From NCBI GenBank assembly GCA_032718475.1, contig JAUCBJ010006287.1, positions 1 through 42,612 on the forward strand: 42,612 nt of DNA, written 5' to 3'. Below the pieces are notes generated by a model. The model saw nothing but the letters and a program-made list of their open reading frames with translations. It was not told where the DNA came from and searched no databases. This document shows positions 12,758-24,463 of the stretch, piece after piece. Position 1 is the first letter of the stretch, and the number at the start of each line of letters is the position of its first letter. Made by a program: the position numbers and the translations under genes. The stretch is from Nemertoderma westbladi (taxonomy: Eukaryota > Animalia > Xenacoelomorpha).

Positions 12758-13217
12758 CTAGATAGAATGATTTATTTATACATTATGTAAAAACAGTAAC
12801 CCATACTCCAAACAATGTATAGATATTGTCAAACATAACATAGGGTTAAACCCCTAAGATGAATTATAAATTTATATCTGGAGGTAAAACGGGATCGATC
12901 CGGGGTTGAATCAGTCGCTATTTTGTAACGGATGCTGACGCTGAGATTTAATAAATATGGGATTTTCACGGACGCAAATGTGAAACGATAAATAATTCTG
13001 TATAACTTATGTTATTTCTGTATAATTTTATACCCAAGAATGAGCGGGAAGTGTATGATGTTCCCCTAAAAATTAGTATTATATTGAAAAACTACATAAA
13101 TGAATGAACGATAACCTATAGAATGTAAGATGATACAAGATGACATTATCTATATTAATGAAAATTGTAATTGGTATTGAATTGCATAAGTTCTATTGCG
13201 CGATTCAGTATAGATAA

Positions 13218-16028
13218 TCAAAAGGGCAATTTACACTGCTGGCGTAAGTCGAGTGAGAATAAATGTCGCATTGTGGGACGTCCATGGGGACAATTCCAGG
13301 GGCAGTCCATGTCGGACATGTGTCGGACAATACGGGACATTTCGGTAGCGGAAAGCGCCGACCCAATCATAACGGACCTGCGACAGGCGCGAGAAGCCAA
13401 CATCTGGGACACCCGGGACGGCCTTAATGTCCCGGACATTGCGTCCGATGGTGTCCCGGACAGCATAAATACGAGTTCATTGACCTCCTCGGAACCGAAA
13501 CTCCAATTCCCGGATTCCGGGACCGCGGTCAGCCGGATCCGATCGTGACTTGTCAACCCGGAATCATCAATATGGAAGTAGAATCCGTTGTTATGGAATA
13601 CATCCAGGTTGTCCCTGACGACCATCTCATTGGCTGGGGTCAGTTCGAGACCTTTCGGCGTCAGGAGCTTCTGACTCTCGATGTTTGTTTCTCTTTGTAA
13701 AAACTCGTAATTGTATTTTTCGTCGCTGGCGTGTTGATCCACGATAAATAGATCGTTATTGAGTCGCGCGACAATGAATCCGAGGTTGAACTGTCCGACA
13801 ACCGACATCTCCCTAAAGGAATCCTTCATAACCGACGCCGACAACTCGCTCTCAGCTTGTCGATTGTCGGTAGGATTTATCTTTGCGAGGAAACGGCGGC
13901 TCTCGCTAACGGAAACTTCGCTACTCGAGGATAAATTACATCTTGCGAAATTATTCGACATTTTAGCGAAGGAGAATTCTACCGTCTGTGAATGTCTGTT
14001 TGCGACCTGTAGGTCGGGTGTTTCGTTTAACCTAACGCGTTTTCGAGGAGGAGGTGTGTCGGTGGGTGTGTGCGGGTTAATACGGGGGGAATAGTCGCCG
14101 GCGCCGCGGCTGGTACCGAACGTTGAGACGGATGAGTAGCTGGTTGGTTTATCGACTAAATCGGGACCCACTACGTAGATTTCTTTGTCTTCTGAAGGAA
14201 CTACAACTCTGTCCGGAGGATTAAACTCACAGGTAACATCTGTGTACCCATTATTACTACTAGTACCTTCCACTTCAACACAAGACGCGTTAGTACCCTT
14301 ATCAATGTTTATTGTGGAATTTTCCGCAGTTATAGGAACATCAGTAGATTCTCCCCTCAGTATATGTACTAGTGTGTCCTCACTGGTACCATCCAATGTT
14401 ACGTGGGTGTCAATGTAACTAACTGAAGTCGCGTTACAGTTGGGGATGTGAGTAACGTCTGCCCCTACACTGGGTGGTGTTGCGACGTCGAAGTTAAATG
14501 TTTGGTTGTCTGGGTGTGAGCTGGGAGTTACGGGTGGGGATTCGCACTGTGGGACGGGAGGTGATGTCGGAGGGTGACTGCCAGTGGCCGAAGGTATCGG
14601 GTGGGAACTCTGTAACGTTGAGTTAGGTAAGTCCTCAATGCCGGGAGTAGAATAATCCGAGGTGGATGTAAGAAATGGGATCATAGACCATTGCTTGGAT
14701 GAATCGTACGAAACGGGACGAGATAAGTGATTGGGTTGCGTTGGGGTGGATACAGATGTAAAGCTTTCAACTGAATTCGATGTTTCGTTACTTTCAGATA
14801 TTTCTTCAACATTATTATTAGATTTGCCGACAACTAAGTTAATATTCAAACTATCATCTCTCCTGGCCTCAATTACTTCGCAATCGTTTAGTTGACTGAG
14901 TTTATCCAGCGACTGCGATGGTATCAGTGCGTGATTCTCATACTTATTCAACTCAGCATCGAACATGGATCGCAGAGAGAACTTCAGAGTCGCAAGAATC
15001 CGCTTCTCTTCTCCTATAAATACCTGACGTTTATCGGGAGTCACGTTCACGTCAACCGAACCCGCGGTGGCCTCGATGTTGAGGATAACGAACGGCGACT
15101 GGTGTCGGTTGAAGGAACGGTAAACCTCGTTCACCAACCGACACAATTTCGCGTTGTCGCAGGGCCGTTTGTTAATAAACACGAACTGTCTATCAGGTGT
15201 GGACCGCCCGCACCCGTGAACAGAAGACGATATCCAACCGGTTACAGAGAAGTTGCAATCCTCTACAACTTCGTACAAACCGAACTCGTTGAGAACTTCT
15301 AGACTGGGGACAACCTGTTTGATTTCCAATAAATTCTTTACCTGGTTCACTCCGAATATAGAAATAATCGCTTCCTTGATACTGGAACCTCCTTGACACG
15401 AAGTAACGTTGGACTTTACGCCGGTGGTGGTTGTATTGGAGCACGAAATGCGCAGACCGCGGTTCACCAACGCATACGCCTGTATTATATTAACCGTCTT
15501 ACCGAATTCCCTTTTTATAGACTTAGTGAATTCCTTTAGTCTGACCGGTAAGGAAGCGAACAACGACTTCACGGTGACCGTGGTCCCGATATTTCGTGCT
15601 GTGTTCGTAGTTTCCGTGAGTTCTCCACAACGATTGTACGCTAATCTACATCCGAAGAGATCGACACTCGTTCTCGTTGTTATCGTAACCTCTCCGACGG
15701 CGCACAACGAACTTATTGCCTCGCCACGGAATCCGTAGCTAGACATATCCTGGAGGTCAGTAAATACTTTCAGTTTGGAAGTCGCGTGCTTGACCGCAAC
15801 CGAGGCAAAATCTTCTTTGTTTATTCCGCGTCCGTTATCCACGACTTCTATCAGTTGGAGTCCGTAGTTTTTAAACCGAATATCGATATTTGTGGCGTTC
15901 GCGTCCAGACTGTTCTCCAATAGTTCTTTAACAGCGGAGGCGATGTTTACGATAACCTGACCGGAACATATTCTGTGTACACTCTGTCTGTCTAGTGGTT
16001 GGATAGTGCAGCCGGTAGATTCAGACAT
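13218..16028 (-). CDS. PMS2: Mismatch repair endonuclease PMS2 (MutL-alpha subunit), uninterrupted CDS, 936 aa
   Basis: GHKL ATPase motifs VKELLENSLDA, DNGRGI, YGFRGEA and GTTV; VDVNVTPDKRQ; long low-complexity linker; endonuclease motif DQHASDEKYNYE; ACR and CPHGRP motifs. Confidence 0.96.
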   Translation of the reverse strand: MSESTGCTIQPLDRQSVHRICSGQVIVNIASAVKELLENSLDANATNIDIRFKNYGLQLIEVVDNGRGINKEDFASVAVKHATSKLKVFTDLQDMSSYGFRGEAISSLCAVGEVTITTRTSVDLFGCRLAYNRCGELTETTNTARNIGTTVTVKSLFASLPVRLKEFTKSIKREFGKTVNIIQAYALVNRGLRISCSNTTTTGVKSNVTSCQGGSSIKEAIISIFGVNQVKNLLEIKQVVPSLEVLNEFGLYEVVEDCNFSVTGWISSSVHGCGRSTPDRQFVFINKRPCDNAKLCRLVNEVYRSFNRHQSPFVILNIEATAGSVDVNVTPDKRQVFIGEEKRILATLKFSLRSMFDAELNKYENHALIPSQSLDKLSQLNDCEVIEARRDDSLNINLVVGKSNNNVEEISESNETSNSVESFTSVSTPTQPNHLSRPVSYDSSKQWSMIPFLTSTSDYSTPGIEDLPNSTLQSSHPIPSATGSHPPTSPPVPQCESPPVTPSSHPDNQTFNFDVATPPSVGADVTHIPNCNATSVSYIDTHVTLDGTSEDTLVHILRGESTDVPITAENSTINIDKGTNASCVEVEGTSSNNGYTDVTCEFNPPDRVVVPSEDKEIYVVGPDLVDKPTSYSSVSTFGTSRGAGDYSPRINPHTPTDTPPPRKRVRLNETPDLQVANRHSQTVEFSFAKMSNNFARCNLSSSSEVSVSESRRFLAKINPTDNRQAESELSASVMKDSFREMSVVGQFNLGFIVARLNNDLFIVDQHASDEKYNYEFLQRETNIESQKLLTPKGLELTPANEMVVRDNLDVFHNNGFYFHIDDSGLTSHDRIRLTAVPESGNWSFGSEEVNELVFMLSGTPSDAMSGTLRPSRVSQMLASRACRRSVMIGSALSATEMSRIVRHMSDMDCPWNCPHGRPTMRHLFSLDLRQQCKLPF

Positions 16029-16213
16029 GATTTCTGTTCAATGATATAAATTATAAAATATACCTAGCAACAATTATTGGAGCTGACAGTCTGTGGATCA
16101 TGAAAAATAAAGCAGGATACCGGTAATGCCTCATTGTCTTTCTGGTCTTGATGGTTGCGTAGTTCTTACCAGTGTACCCATTCATCACCAGTAGTACTAG
16201 AACAGCATAACAG

Positions 16214-18881
16214 CAAGGTGTACTAAATAACAGGTCATGCAGCGAGAGGATTGCTGAAATTAGCGTGGGCCGATTTTTTCCCAATTTATGGCACTTTTTT
16301 CATAATATTTCCTTAGAAACTTCTTTATGTGCTACTTTGGTTAGGTGGATATGATGACTATGATTCTTAGCAATGTAATAAAATGTCTTTCTGGAATTTT
16401 TATCTTGTAGTTGCCAAGGTAAACCGGGTGCAAATTTCAAACTTTGCCGCTTGTATTTCAAGGCGGCAAGGGATTCTTTCCTTGAGATTTCGTAGGTGAG
16501 TAAAGGGAATAAAACACTATCAAAATATTTTACATTTGAATTTGTTTAAATTCCCGTTGCCATGGAAATAAGTATAATGAAAAGTATGAAAAATTGTCTA
16601 CCAATTCTATAAAACACCATTTTTATTCGGTTTGTCAGTGTAAATAATAAGTTAAAATTGCCAACATTTTATTTTATAATTCGTCAATTGTGAATCATAT
16701 TTCTAAAAGTCAATATTTGCCAATAAACTAAACCGTCCAATCAGAGAGCAAGACCTGTGATACCATGATTGTGACATTCTAGAATATTAAACTTCGGTTA
16801 GCAATTATTAGAAATAAAGGACAATCACCAGGCATGTTTGTTGAAAATTATATAAGTAGTAAATAGTAGCCCAATTTCAATCTGGCGGTCATAATGGGAA
16901 ATTATCGTAATTCCCGTCACCATGGAAACGGGATTGAAACAAATTTAAATGTAAAATATTTTGATAGACTTTTATTCCCTTCACTCATATACCAAATCTC
17001 AAGGAGAGAATCCATTGCCGCCTTGAAATACAAGCGGCAAAGTTTGAAATTTGCACCCGGTTTACCTTGGCAACTACAAGATAAAAATTCCAGAAAGACA
17101 TTTTATTACATTGCTATGAATCATAATCATCATATCCACCTAACCAAAGTAGCATATAAGATGTTTCTAAGGAAATATTATGAAAAAAGTGCCATAAATT
17201 GGGAAAAAATCGGCCCACGCTAATTTCAGCAATCCGCTCGCTGCATGACCTGTGGGGCGAGCCACGAAGTGAGTGAGCCTTAGCGTAGTGGTACCATTAA
17301 TCAACCTGTCGTTCTGTCGTTCTGTCGCGTCCAATTTTAAACGTTAATAACTCAGCCAATCTTTGATGAAATCTATCCAAACTTGGTACACATGTTGTTT
17401 GGCAAAAGTTTAGAAATTTTCCAAGTAGAATTTCCGTGTGGCCTTCGAGAAGCTAAGATAATAGCAGTTAATTAGTTAATTAAGTTGATTACGGTAAAAA
17501 CACCATTTTCAACCTGCCTTTTAAAGGAAATTAATTGTTTTACAGTATAAGATTTAAATAATTATACTTAAAAATTATACAGATGTAATCCACATACGCC
17601 ATTCTATTATAGTTTTTAATTAGTTCAAGTGATTTGCTTTATTAATTGTGTCTTTAATTGATCTAAAGTAATTAAAACGTCATAAAAAATTGATTCTCAT
17701 TAAATACTGCTCATTTATTGGCTAACATGCTGGTACGATGGAAGGATGTGTGTGTAAGGCAGCTATTTGCTGGGAATGATTATTGGTCAAGTCTCTGCTG
17801 GTGTGGAGCTAGCTGGCTTGGAGTTGTGGCTGTAGACTAACCAGAGAGGAATTGTACTGTAATAGGCAACCAGTATTGCTATTCCAGCCCAGACATCATT
17901 CTTGAAATCCAACATCCCAACATCCTTCCTGTATTGACTCTACTATAAGTGTTGTATTGCTCTCAGGTAAATGACAGATATAATAACATAAATACAATCC
18001 ATGGCATGGCTGTTGTGTAGGCTTCTGAAATAGTTTATTCCACAATGTATATGTCTGGTTATTTTTTAATTGAATTTTTGCAAAGTAGTAAAATTAATGT
18101 TCTTAAAAATAATATTATTATTTTATATGTAACCTAGGAAATTAGCTACATTTTTTCGCTGCAGCTTTAAGAGTGTACATTGATTTAATATTATTTCAAT
18201 ACCCATATTACTACATCGGCATAAGATGCGTTGGCGTTGTATCACACATCTCCACATATCACACATCTCCACATAGATGTATCAACAGTTACTCGCACAG
18301 TTTCGAAACTTCGCATAGTTATAACTGTATAAAGATCGTCAGTCTGCGTTTAGGAAAAATATTTTATGACAAAACAGGACAAGCGACGAGCGCAACGAGG
18401 CATATAATGAAGACGAGTACTGCGTTGACTAAATTGTTATATAAACCACCTGGCTTCACATATTGATCGCATCCCTAGTTATTATTATTATAAAGATCGT
18501 CCTAGCCTGCGTTTAAGAAATATATTTAAATACAAAACAGGACGAACGCAAAGAGGCTTATAATGAAAACGAGTACTGCGTTTATTATATTCCTATAAAC
18601 CACCTGGCTTTGCATATTTAACGTGCGATTGGAAATAAGTTCGTGCTACCCTTCCGTGGGTGGTAGATGTCCCGGTTATGTATTGGTGGTTGGGAAGGGT
18701 GGTGGGGGGGGGGATTAAAAGGGGTGAACACGTTCTGTCCGCCTTTCTTTGATTGATTGGTGGTGTGGGTAAATTTCTCAAAACCTGATTTTGTGATACA
18801 GTCGCTCAATTTTAATTTGTATCTAATAACTGGGCCTCGTGCTGCGCGAAGGCCCCACGAACGTGTTATTTATACACCTTG
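16214..18881. mobile_element. Long-TIR non-autonomous element (P-element-like ends), right TIR split by a nested insertion
   Basis: ~350-bp arms 16214-16567 and ~16912-17253. The right TIR resumes after the insert (tattta-tacaccttg, 18867-18881), matching left caaggtgtactaaataacagg. Flanks cataacag / tagaacag match 6/8, a degenerate 8-bp TSD. Confidence 0.8.
17253..18866 (+). mobile_element. Helentron/DINE-like non-autonomous element, copy 1
   Basis: 5' end tggggcgagccacg followed by ctgtcgtt microrepeats; 3' end gtgctgcgcgaaggccccacgaacgtgt. Sub-terminal IR gtggggc/gccccac, no TSD, inserted at a TT site in the host TIR. Confidence 0.7.
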
Positions 18882-18889
18882 TAGAACAG

Positions 18890-19005
18890 TCAGCCATATG
18901 GTAGGCAGGAAGGTGGAGAAATTTAAAATTGCCGCCGCCACGAGCAACGTCTACAACAACTGCAACTTCCGCATTAAGCCATTTGATGATTTCATTGGTT
19001 AAATA
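18890..19005. promoter_or_regulatory. Candidate promoter, possibly of PMS2 or bidirectional
   Basis: Non-repetitive stretch with an ETS-like acttccgc, a CCAAT box (attgg) and gccgccgcc. With the 16214-18881 element removed it would lie ~200-300 bp upstream of the PMS2 ATG. Motif-level evidence only. Confidence 0.25.
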
Positions 19006-19835
19006 ATAGCTGGAATGTTTACAAAATTATTTACAAATAGGAGGGAATTTCAAATCATTTATTATTTAATAAGTTCACTAAAGTAAACAAATTTAGGTAA
19101 AACTTCATTTCCTTACATACTGACTTCGGAGTTGAACAGGCAGGCCTCATAGTGCAGTAGTACAGTACTGCGGGAATTTAGTTTCTGAGTGTCGTTGTCT
19201 GGTTACCGGCTGCCGGTAGTGAGGCTGACTGGTTGAAGTCATTTTTCCACTATTATTATCATTTAATGTTAATCAATACTGCAGTACTATAGTAATGCCT
19301 ATTAGTAATACATATTATTCGGCCTATTACGTTAATCCGGCAGTGCGCGAACCGGTAAATAACTATAAATACTAACACTGGTACTAGTTAACATTTCATT
19401 AAGTAATTAAGGACTTAGTTCATTCAGTTGTAATTTCTTATTTACCCAAAGTATACTTTATTGTTATTCCTATTTTAATATCTATTTAAATTATTATATT
19501 GGTGAGGTGTGAAGGCGAGAGAGAGAGAGAGTACTATTGACGGTGAGGCAAATCCTATCCCTATGTTGGTTAATTCATGCCTCTTCTCGACTAATTAACA
19601 ATATTAATTAAAAATTGGAAGCAGCAGGTAAGGAGCAGGTTACATTAATAAGTTATCCTTATCCTAACCAAAGCAATAAACAACAGTCAATTCAAACCAA
19701 GAGTGATTTCAAGAGTGAAATCAAATCAAATTTATATTATGTGTTTTTCTGTAGTTTTTTACTGTATCCGTGGAGCAGTTATAGTCAGTGTTCTTGTCAA
19801 AGTCAAAGTCATGAGTGTATCCTAGCAACGTGATA

Positions 19836-20276
19836 CAGAGGCGTAGCGAGGGGGGGGGGATGTTCCCCCGGGCGCACTCAACTGGGGGCGCTGAAATGCC
19901 AGGCAAATGTCAGGGAATTCTTGTAAAAATAAGAGAAATTAGTGAAAATTCAGGGATTGTGACACAGTACATACAGGACATGTGTCATAAGCGAAAAATG
20001 TAAAAATTTTCTCTGCTCACTTCGCTCGCCATTCAATATACATTATTAGAATTTCACTATATCAAACTTGTGTATAATATTGTAGATTTGATATAGTTAT
20101 ATACTTTTAGTAAACTGTTTTATAGATGTTTTTTTGTAATTTTATATTCTGCTATATAATATTAAAAAAAAACCGCCATAAATGAAAAGTTAAAATTATT
20201 GAAGGGGGGGGGGGGGGGGGGGGGGGGTATCTCAACTTCATTCCCCTGGGCGCCAGAAGGGCTCGCTACGCCTCTG
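19836..20276. mobile_element. hAT-type MITE
   Basis: 15-bp TIR cagaggcgtagcgag / ctcgctacgcctctg. Perfect 8-bp TSD acgtgata at 19828-19835 and 20277-20284. Confidence 0.92.
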
Positions 20277-21044
20277 ACGTGATATACTGTAGTAGTGTAT
20301 TAAAGGAGTACTGTTTACCTTGATAATGTTTTTGAATGCTATAAATACTTTAATATTAAATACTCTATACTCGTCATTTTTTATTGTTTGCTAGATTTTC
20401 AATTAATGTTAGTTACATATTTAATTATTGTTTATGTTTACTAGTTAAGTCTTGTGTCATTTAATCATCGATAATATTTTATGATCAGTTGTTGGTAAAC
20501 TCTTAAATTGACATAAAAGGTCACAGTGCGGGACTGCTGGTATGTTGGGAATAATGATTTATCGATTTATTGAGTACCACCGGTAGTGTTGCTTACGAGC
20601 AAATACACTGTTATACCATTTACAGTGTTACTGCGCGTTTATACTACTACAGTAGCACTAGGGTGATATCATATCTACATACTGTAGCTCTAACTCACTC
20701 TATAAGTACGTACTATGTTTGTTTACAGTAGGTTTCTTTGTGGTGGGGTTATATTGCACTATGCAAACTAATAACGAAGTTTAAGTACGGTATGTAAATA
20801 TCTATGGTGTATACATTTGTTCACGATGTGCCTCCAATGGTTGCCCACCAATAGGGGCTTTAATTAATAGAGCCAGTACCAGAAAGGCTTTCCATTTTTT
20901 TACGGAAACCTCTGAGAAAATAATTTTTATATAGAGAGCCGCGTAGAATTTAAAATATTTTGTTTCCATATTTTAAATATTATATGTTTTAGATGTATGT
21001 GTGTAAAGAAGCGCGTGTTTATTTGATAAGACTTTTTCTTTGCT

Positions 21045-21729
21045 TGGGGCGAGACACGTAGTCGGCGAGCCTTAGCGTACTGTTCAGTCATATGGTTCAT
21101 GTAGGCTCAAATGGGTCAACCTTTTACATGAGCCGCTAACGGAATGGTTAGAGCGACAGACTTCCAACCTGGAGGTCACCAGTTCGATCCCACCTGGACG
21201 TCATTGCCGACTTTGCAAAGCTGTGCGCGACGAAAGTTATAATATAATGATTCTATACCTCGAGCAGTGTTGGACGAATTCAATGTGATTTTCCTGGGTA
21301 GGTTCGAATCCTAGCCTGGCAATAAATATTTTGCACGTTTTTAAATTAATTCCCAACAATCATTAAAAGCCAACAATCATTACTGAAATTAATCCAAACT
21401 TGTTACGTATGCAGTCCGTCAAAAGTTTAGAAAGAATCTGAAGTTTTGTCAAAAGTGAGACAGTCTGTCAGTCGTTACCGATAGTTTCAGGCTTTTGATA
21501 ATAACCGAAATAAGTCGGTCAATCATTGATGAAATTAATCCTAACTTGGTACGTATGCAGTCCGTCAAAAGTTTGGAATGAATCTGAAGTTTGGTCAAAA
21601 ATGAGACAGTCTGCCAGTCAGTAGCGGTAGTACCGCAGACTTTTTATAAAAACTGAAATAAGTCGGTCAATCACAGATGAAATTGGTGCGTATGCAGTCT
21701 AGTGCTGCGCGAAAGCGCCACGAACGTGT
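21045..21729 (+). mobile_element. Helentron-like element, copy 2 (divergent), with tRNA-derived fragments and an internal direct repeat
   Basis: Same ends (tggggcgagacacg..ccttagcgta; gtgctgcgcgaaagcgccacgaacgtgt). A/B-box-like pieces tggttagagc..gttcgatccc (~21144-21190) and ggttcgaatcc (21301). Confidence 0.65.
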
Positions 21730-22701
21730 ATGTTTGTCGTTTTATTCCAAAATTGTAACATAATGAAACATTGCTGATGTAAATAGCATATGAAACATTT
21801 GTTGTAACAAAATTTGAATTACACATTTTGTAATAGGTATATGATGTGTACCAGGTAAAAAGAACAAGGAAGTTGTTGATATTTTATATTAAACAATTTT
21901 ATCCACACAGTCAAAAGTGACATCAAAACGTTACAGTTGTCTGTACCGGTGTAGCCTGCTAGTTGGTGTTAGCTATTAAGTTTCCTGTGCAGTTCCTTTG
22001 TAAAGTTATTCGTTTAAAACTGTAAGGTATACGTAAGGTCTACAGTAAGCCTAAAGCTACTGTATAATGTGCTAAGTTACTGAACAACTGATAAATGTAA
22101 TCATTTTGGAATAAAATAAATTTTATGTGTTGAAGGTAATTTTTTGTCAGCCTCGTTAACAAACATTAATAATATTATAATAGGGCATAAATTATGTAGT
22201 TTACTATTTCGGTTTATAGCTACATTTACATTGGAAGAAGCTTCCATGGACTGATTGATGACGATATGCGATATGGATGACGATTTATAAATGATATAAA
22301 TAAGTGGTGGCGAAAAGTAGCTTTTGTCTTGCTTTCTTGTTCGTTTCGCCACGCTCGCTAAATAATATACTGTAGCTCGACAGATAGTCTACTTTATTTT
22401 TTATACCACATAAATAGTTGTTCGACGTTGTTCTTGTTCGTATAATCAACAGACGTTTTGGTCACTAATAATTACTTTTGATTCTGATATTGTTGATAAA
22501 AAGAATGGAACATATCCCGGTGTTCGCATGTGTTAATTAAAGATTGGAACAGCTGACACCGGGCTGTGATGTCAACAGAAGATTATAATTATTTGATGAT
22601 AATTTAAAGGTTACCTAACCCTTAATATACAGTTTTTAGTCGTTATCTCTACACATTTCTCTAGGGTTTAATTTTGAAGACAAACATACAGTAAATCAGT
22701 T

Positions 22702-22869
22702 GGGTTAAATCTTCGCCAGCGTCCAACCTTCGCCCGATTGGGGGAAAGGGACATGTTACAGAGACGGCTTTTTCTAACCAAAACAATAAATATTGTTCTT
22801 AACACACATTTTGAGGGCGAAGATTGGTCCGGGCGAAGAGTGGACGCGGGCGAAGTTTGTTGCGTACCC
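22702..22869. mobile_element. Short copy of the cttcgccc-repeat MITE family
   Basis: Ends gggcgaagtttgttgcgtaccc, the reverse complement of the 23616 terminus apart from small mismatches. Shares the internal gttacagagacggct..ctaaccaaaacaat block. Confidence 0.6.
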
Positions 22870-22954
22870 ATAAATCACACTATTTCAATTTTTATGATAT
22901 TTACAATAATTATTATGATATGTATATACAATTATGATATGTACAATATAATGT

Positions 22955-23078
22955 CGACCCGGTCAATTGCGACCCATCAATTTTTCCCAAAATCATGGGT
23001 CACAATTGTGCGGGTCGCAATTGTCCGGGTCGCAAATGTCCGGGTCGCAATTGTCCAGGTCAGGTCGCAATTGTCCTA
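22955..23078. repeat. 15-bp gggtcgcaattgtcc repeats with an inverted copy; probable MITE remnant
   Basis: caattgcgaccc is opposed to 4-5 tandem gggtcgcaattgtcc units. Confidence 0.55.
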
Positions 23079-23615
23079 ACATCAGGTCTAGTCTAGGCTA
23101 TAGGTATTGTTATAAATTGAGATTAAGCTTACCACCGTGAATTACTGTGCACCAGTTTATATATTCGACAGGCAATTTATAAACTAGTAAATCCGATTTA
23201 ACTCAGAGAGTATAAAAAAACTACAGCTAGAGTATTATTTCTTCGTTTTATTTTTCCATTAGCACTTTATTAGGTGTATTGTTATTGTTTTTACATAATG
23301 CAGTAATGTATACATCTATCTACTGTATTTATGTGGCTGTATAAAACCTTTATCTGGCTGACTGTCACTGTACTATTTATACAGCCCTTTAGTGTTATTT
23401 CTCCGACTAACGAACCGGTGGGACTCTGAATTGCTACAAAGTTTACATATTGCAAGAGACTCGTCGCTATCATCAACGTCAAAATAGCCCCAGCCAGACA
23501 AATCATCGAAAAACAACTGGTTTTAATAGTGCAGTGCTGGCGGTGGCGATAATGTCGATGACATTTTCTTAAGTATGAAGGTACCGCTATTGGCTATACA
23601 GTACAGTACTGACTG

Positions 23616-24027
23616 GGGTACGCAGTAAACTTCGCCCGCGAGAAATCTTCGCCCGCGTCCAACCTTCGCCCGGAGCAATTTTCGCCCTCAAAATGAGCAA
23701 CTATCGCCCGGCGGAAACCTTCGCCCGCAGGCAACCTTCGCCCAATAAACAATTATTGTTTTGGTTAGAATAGCCGTCTCTGTAACCTGCTCCTTTCCCT
23801 CAATTAGTAACACCATCGTTTATTGTTTTGGTTAGAAAAAGCCGTCTCTGTAACCTGCTCCCTCAATTTGTTACTAAAATGGTTACTAACAGAAATCTTA
23901 ATGGGCGAAGGTTGCTCGTGGGCGAAGATTGCCTTGCGGGCGAAGGTTTTCCCCGGGCGAAGGTTGTACGCGGACGAAGATTGGACGCGGGCGAAGGTTG
24001 TACGCGGGCGAAGATTGCACTCAACCC
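23616..24027. mobile_element. MITE with ggg..ccc ends and mirrored sub-terminal cttcgccc / gggcgaag arrays
   Basis: About 7 cttcgccc-type units on the left and about 8 gggcgaag-type units on the right. TSD unclear. Confidence 0.7.
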
Positions 24028-24170
24028 TGGCTGGTCTGTGCTACTGTTACAATACAAGACAACAGCCTCTAGACTGCAAGCAGTTGGCGAACCAGTACGC
24101 AACAATACCGGTACTGCAGTGCGGTAATCGTAGGAGCGAACTACTAAGGAAGGCAGAAAGCAGATAAAGT

Positions 24171-24463
24171 GAAAGTATTGGTACCACACTACCGGTATCC
24201 GATAGCAGTAATGTGCGCTGAAAGTATTGGTACCACACTACCGGTATCTGATAGCAGTAATGTGCGCTGAAAGTATTGGTACCACACTACCGGTATCCGA
24301 TAGCAGTAATGTGCGCTGAAAGTATTGGTACCACACTACCGGTATCCGATAGCAGTAATGTGCGCTGAAAGTATTGGTACCACACTACCGGTATCCGATA
24401 GCAGTAATGTGCGCTGAAAGTATTGGTACCACACTACCGGTATCCGATAGCAGTAATGTGCGC
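24171..24463. repeat. 49-bp tandem repeat, 6 near-identical copies
   Basis: gaaagtattggtaccacactaccggtatccgatagcagtaatgtgcgct at 24171, 24220, 24269, 24318, 24367 and 24416. Confidence 0.95.

Noticed and set aside
13171-15738. Plus-strand ORFs opposite PMS2, and the cluster of gtcccggac-like words at 13.3-13.6 kb
   Set aside because: Antisense shadows of the CDS. The words lie in conserved coding sequence with no TIR or TSD, so I cannot support a separate element.
18173-18466. Duplicated 97-aa ORF (also 41187..41480)
   Set aside because: Lies within two copies of a non-coding repeat, has a GTG start in one copy, and shows no recognisable domain.
21129-21320. tRNA genes
   Set aside because: Degenerate A/B-box fragments inside a repeat; I could not build a full cloverleaf.
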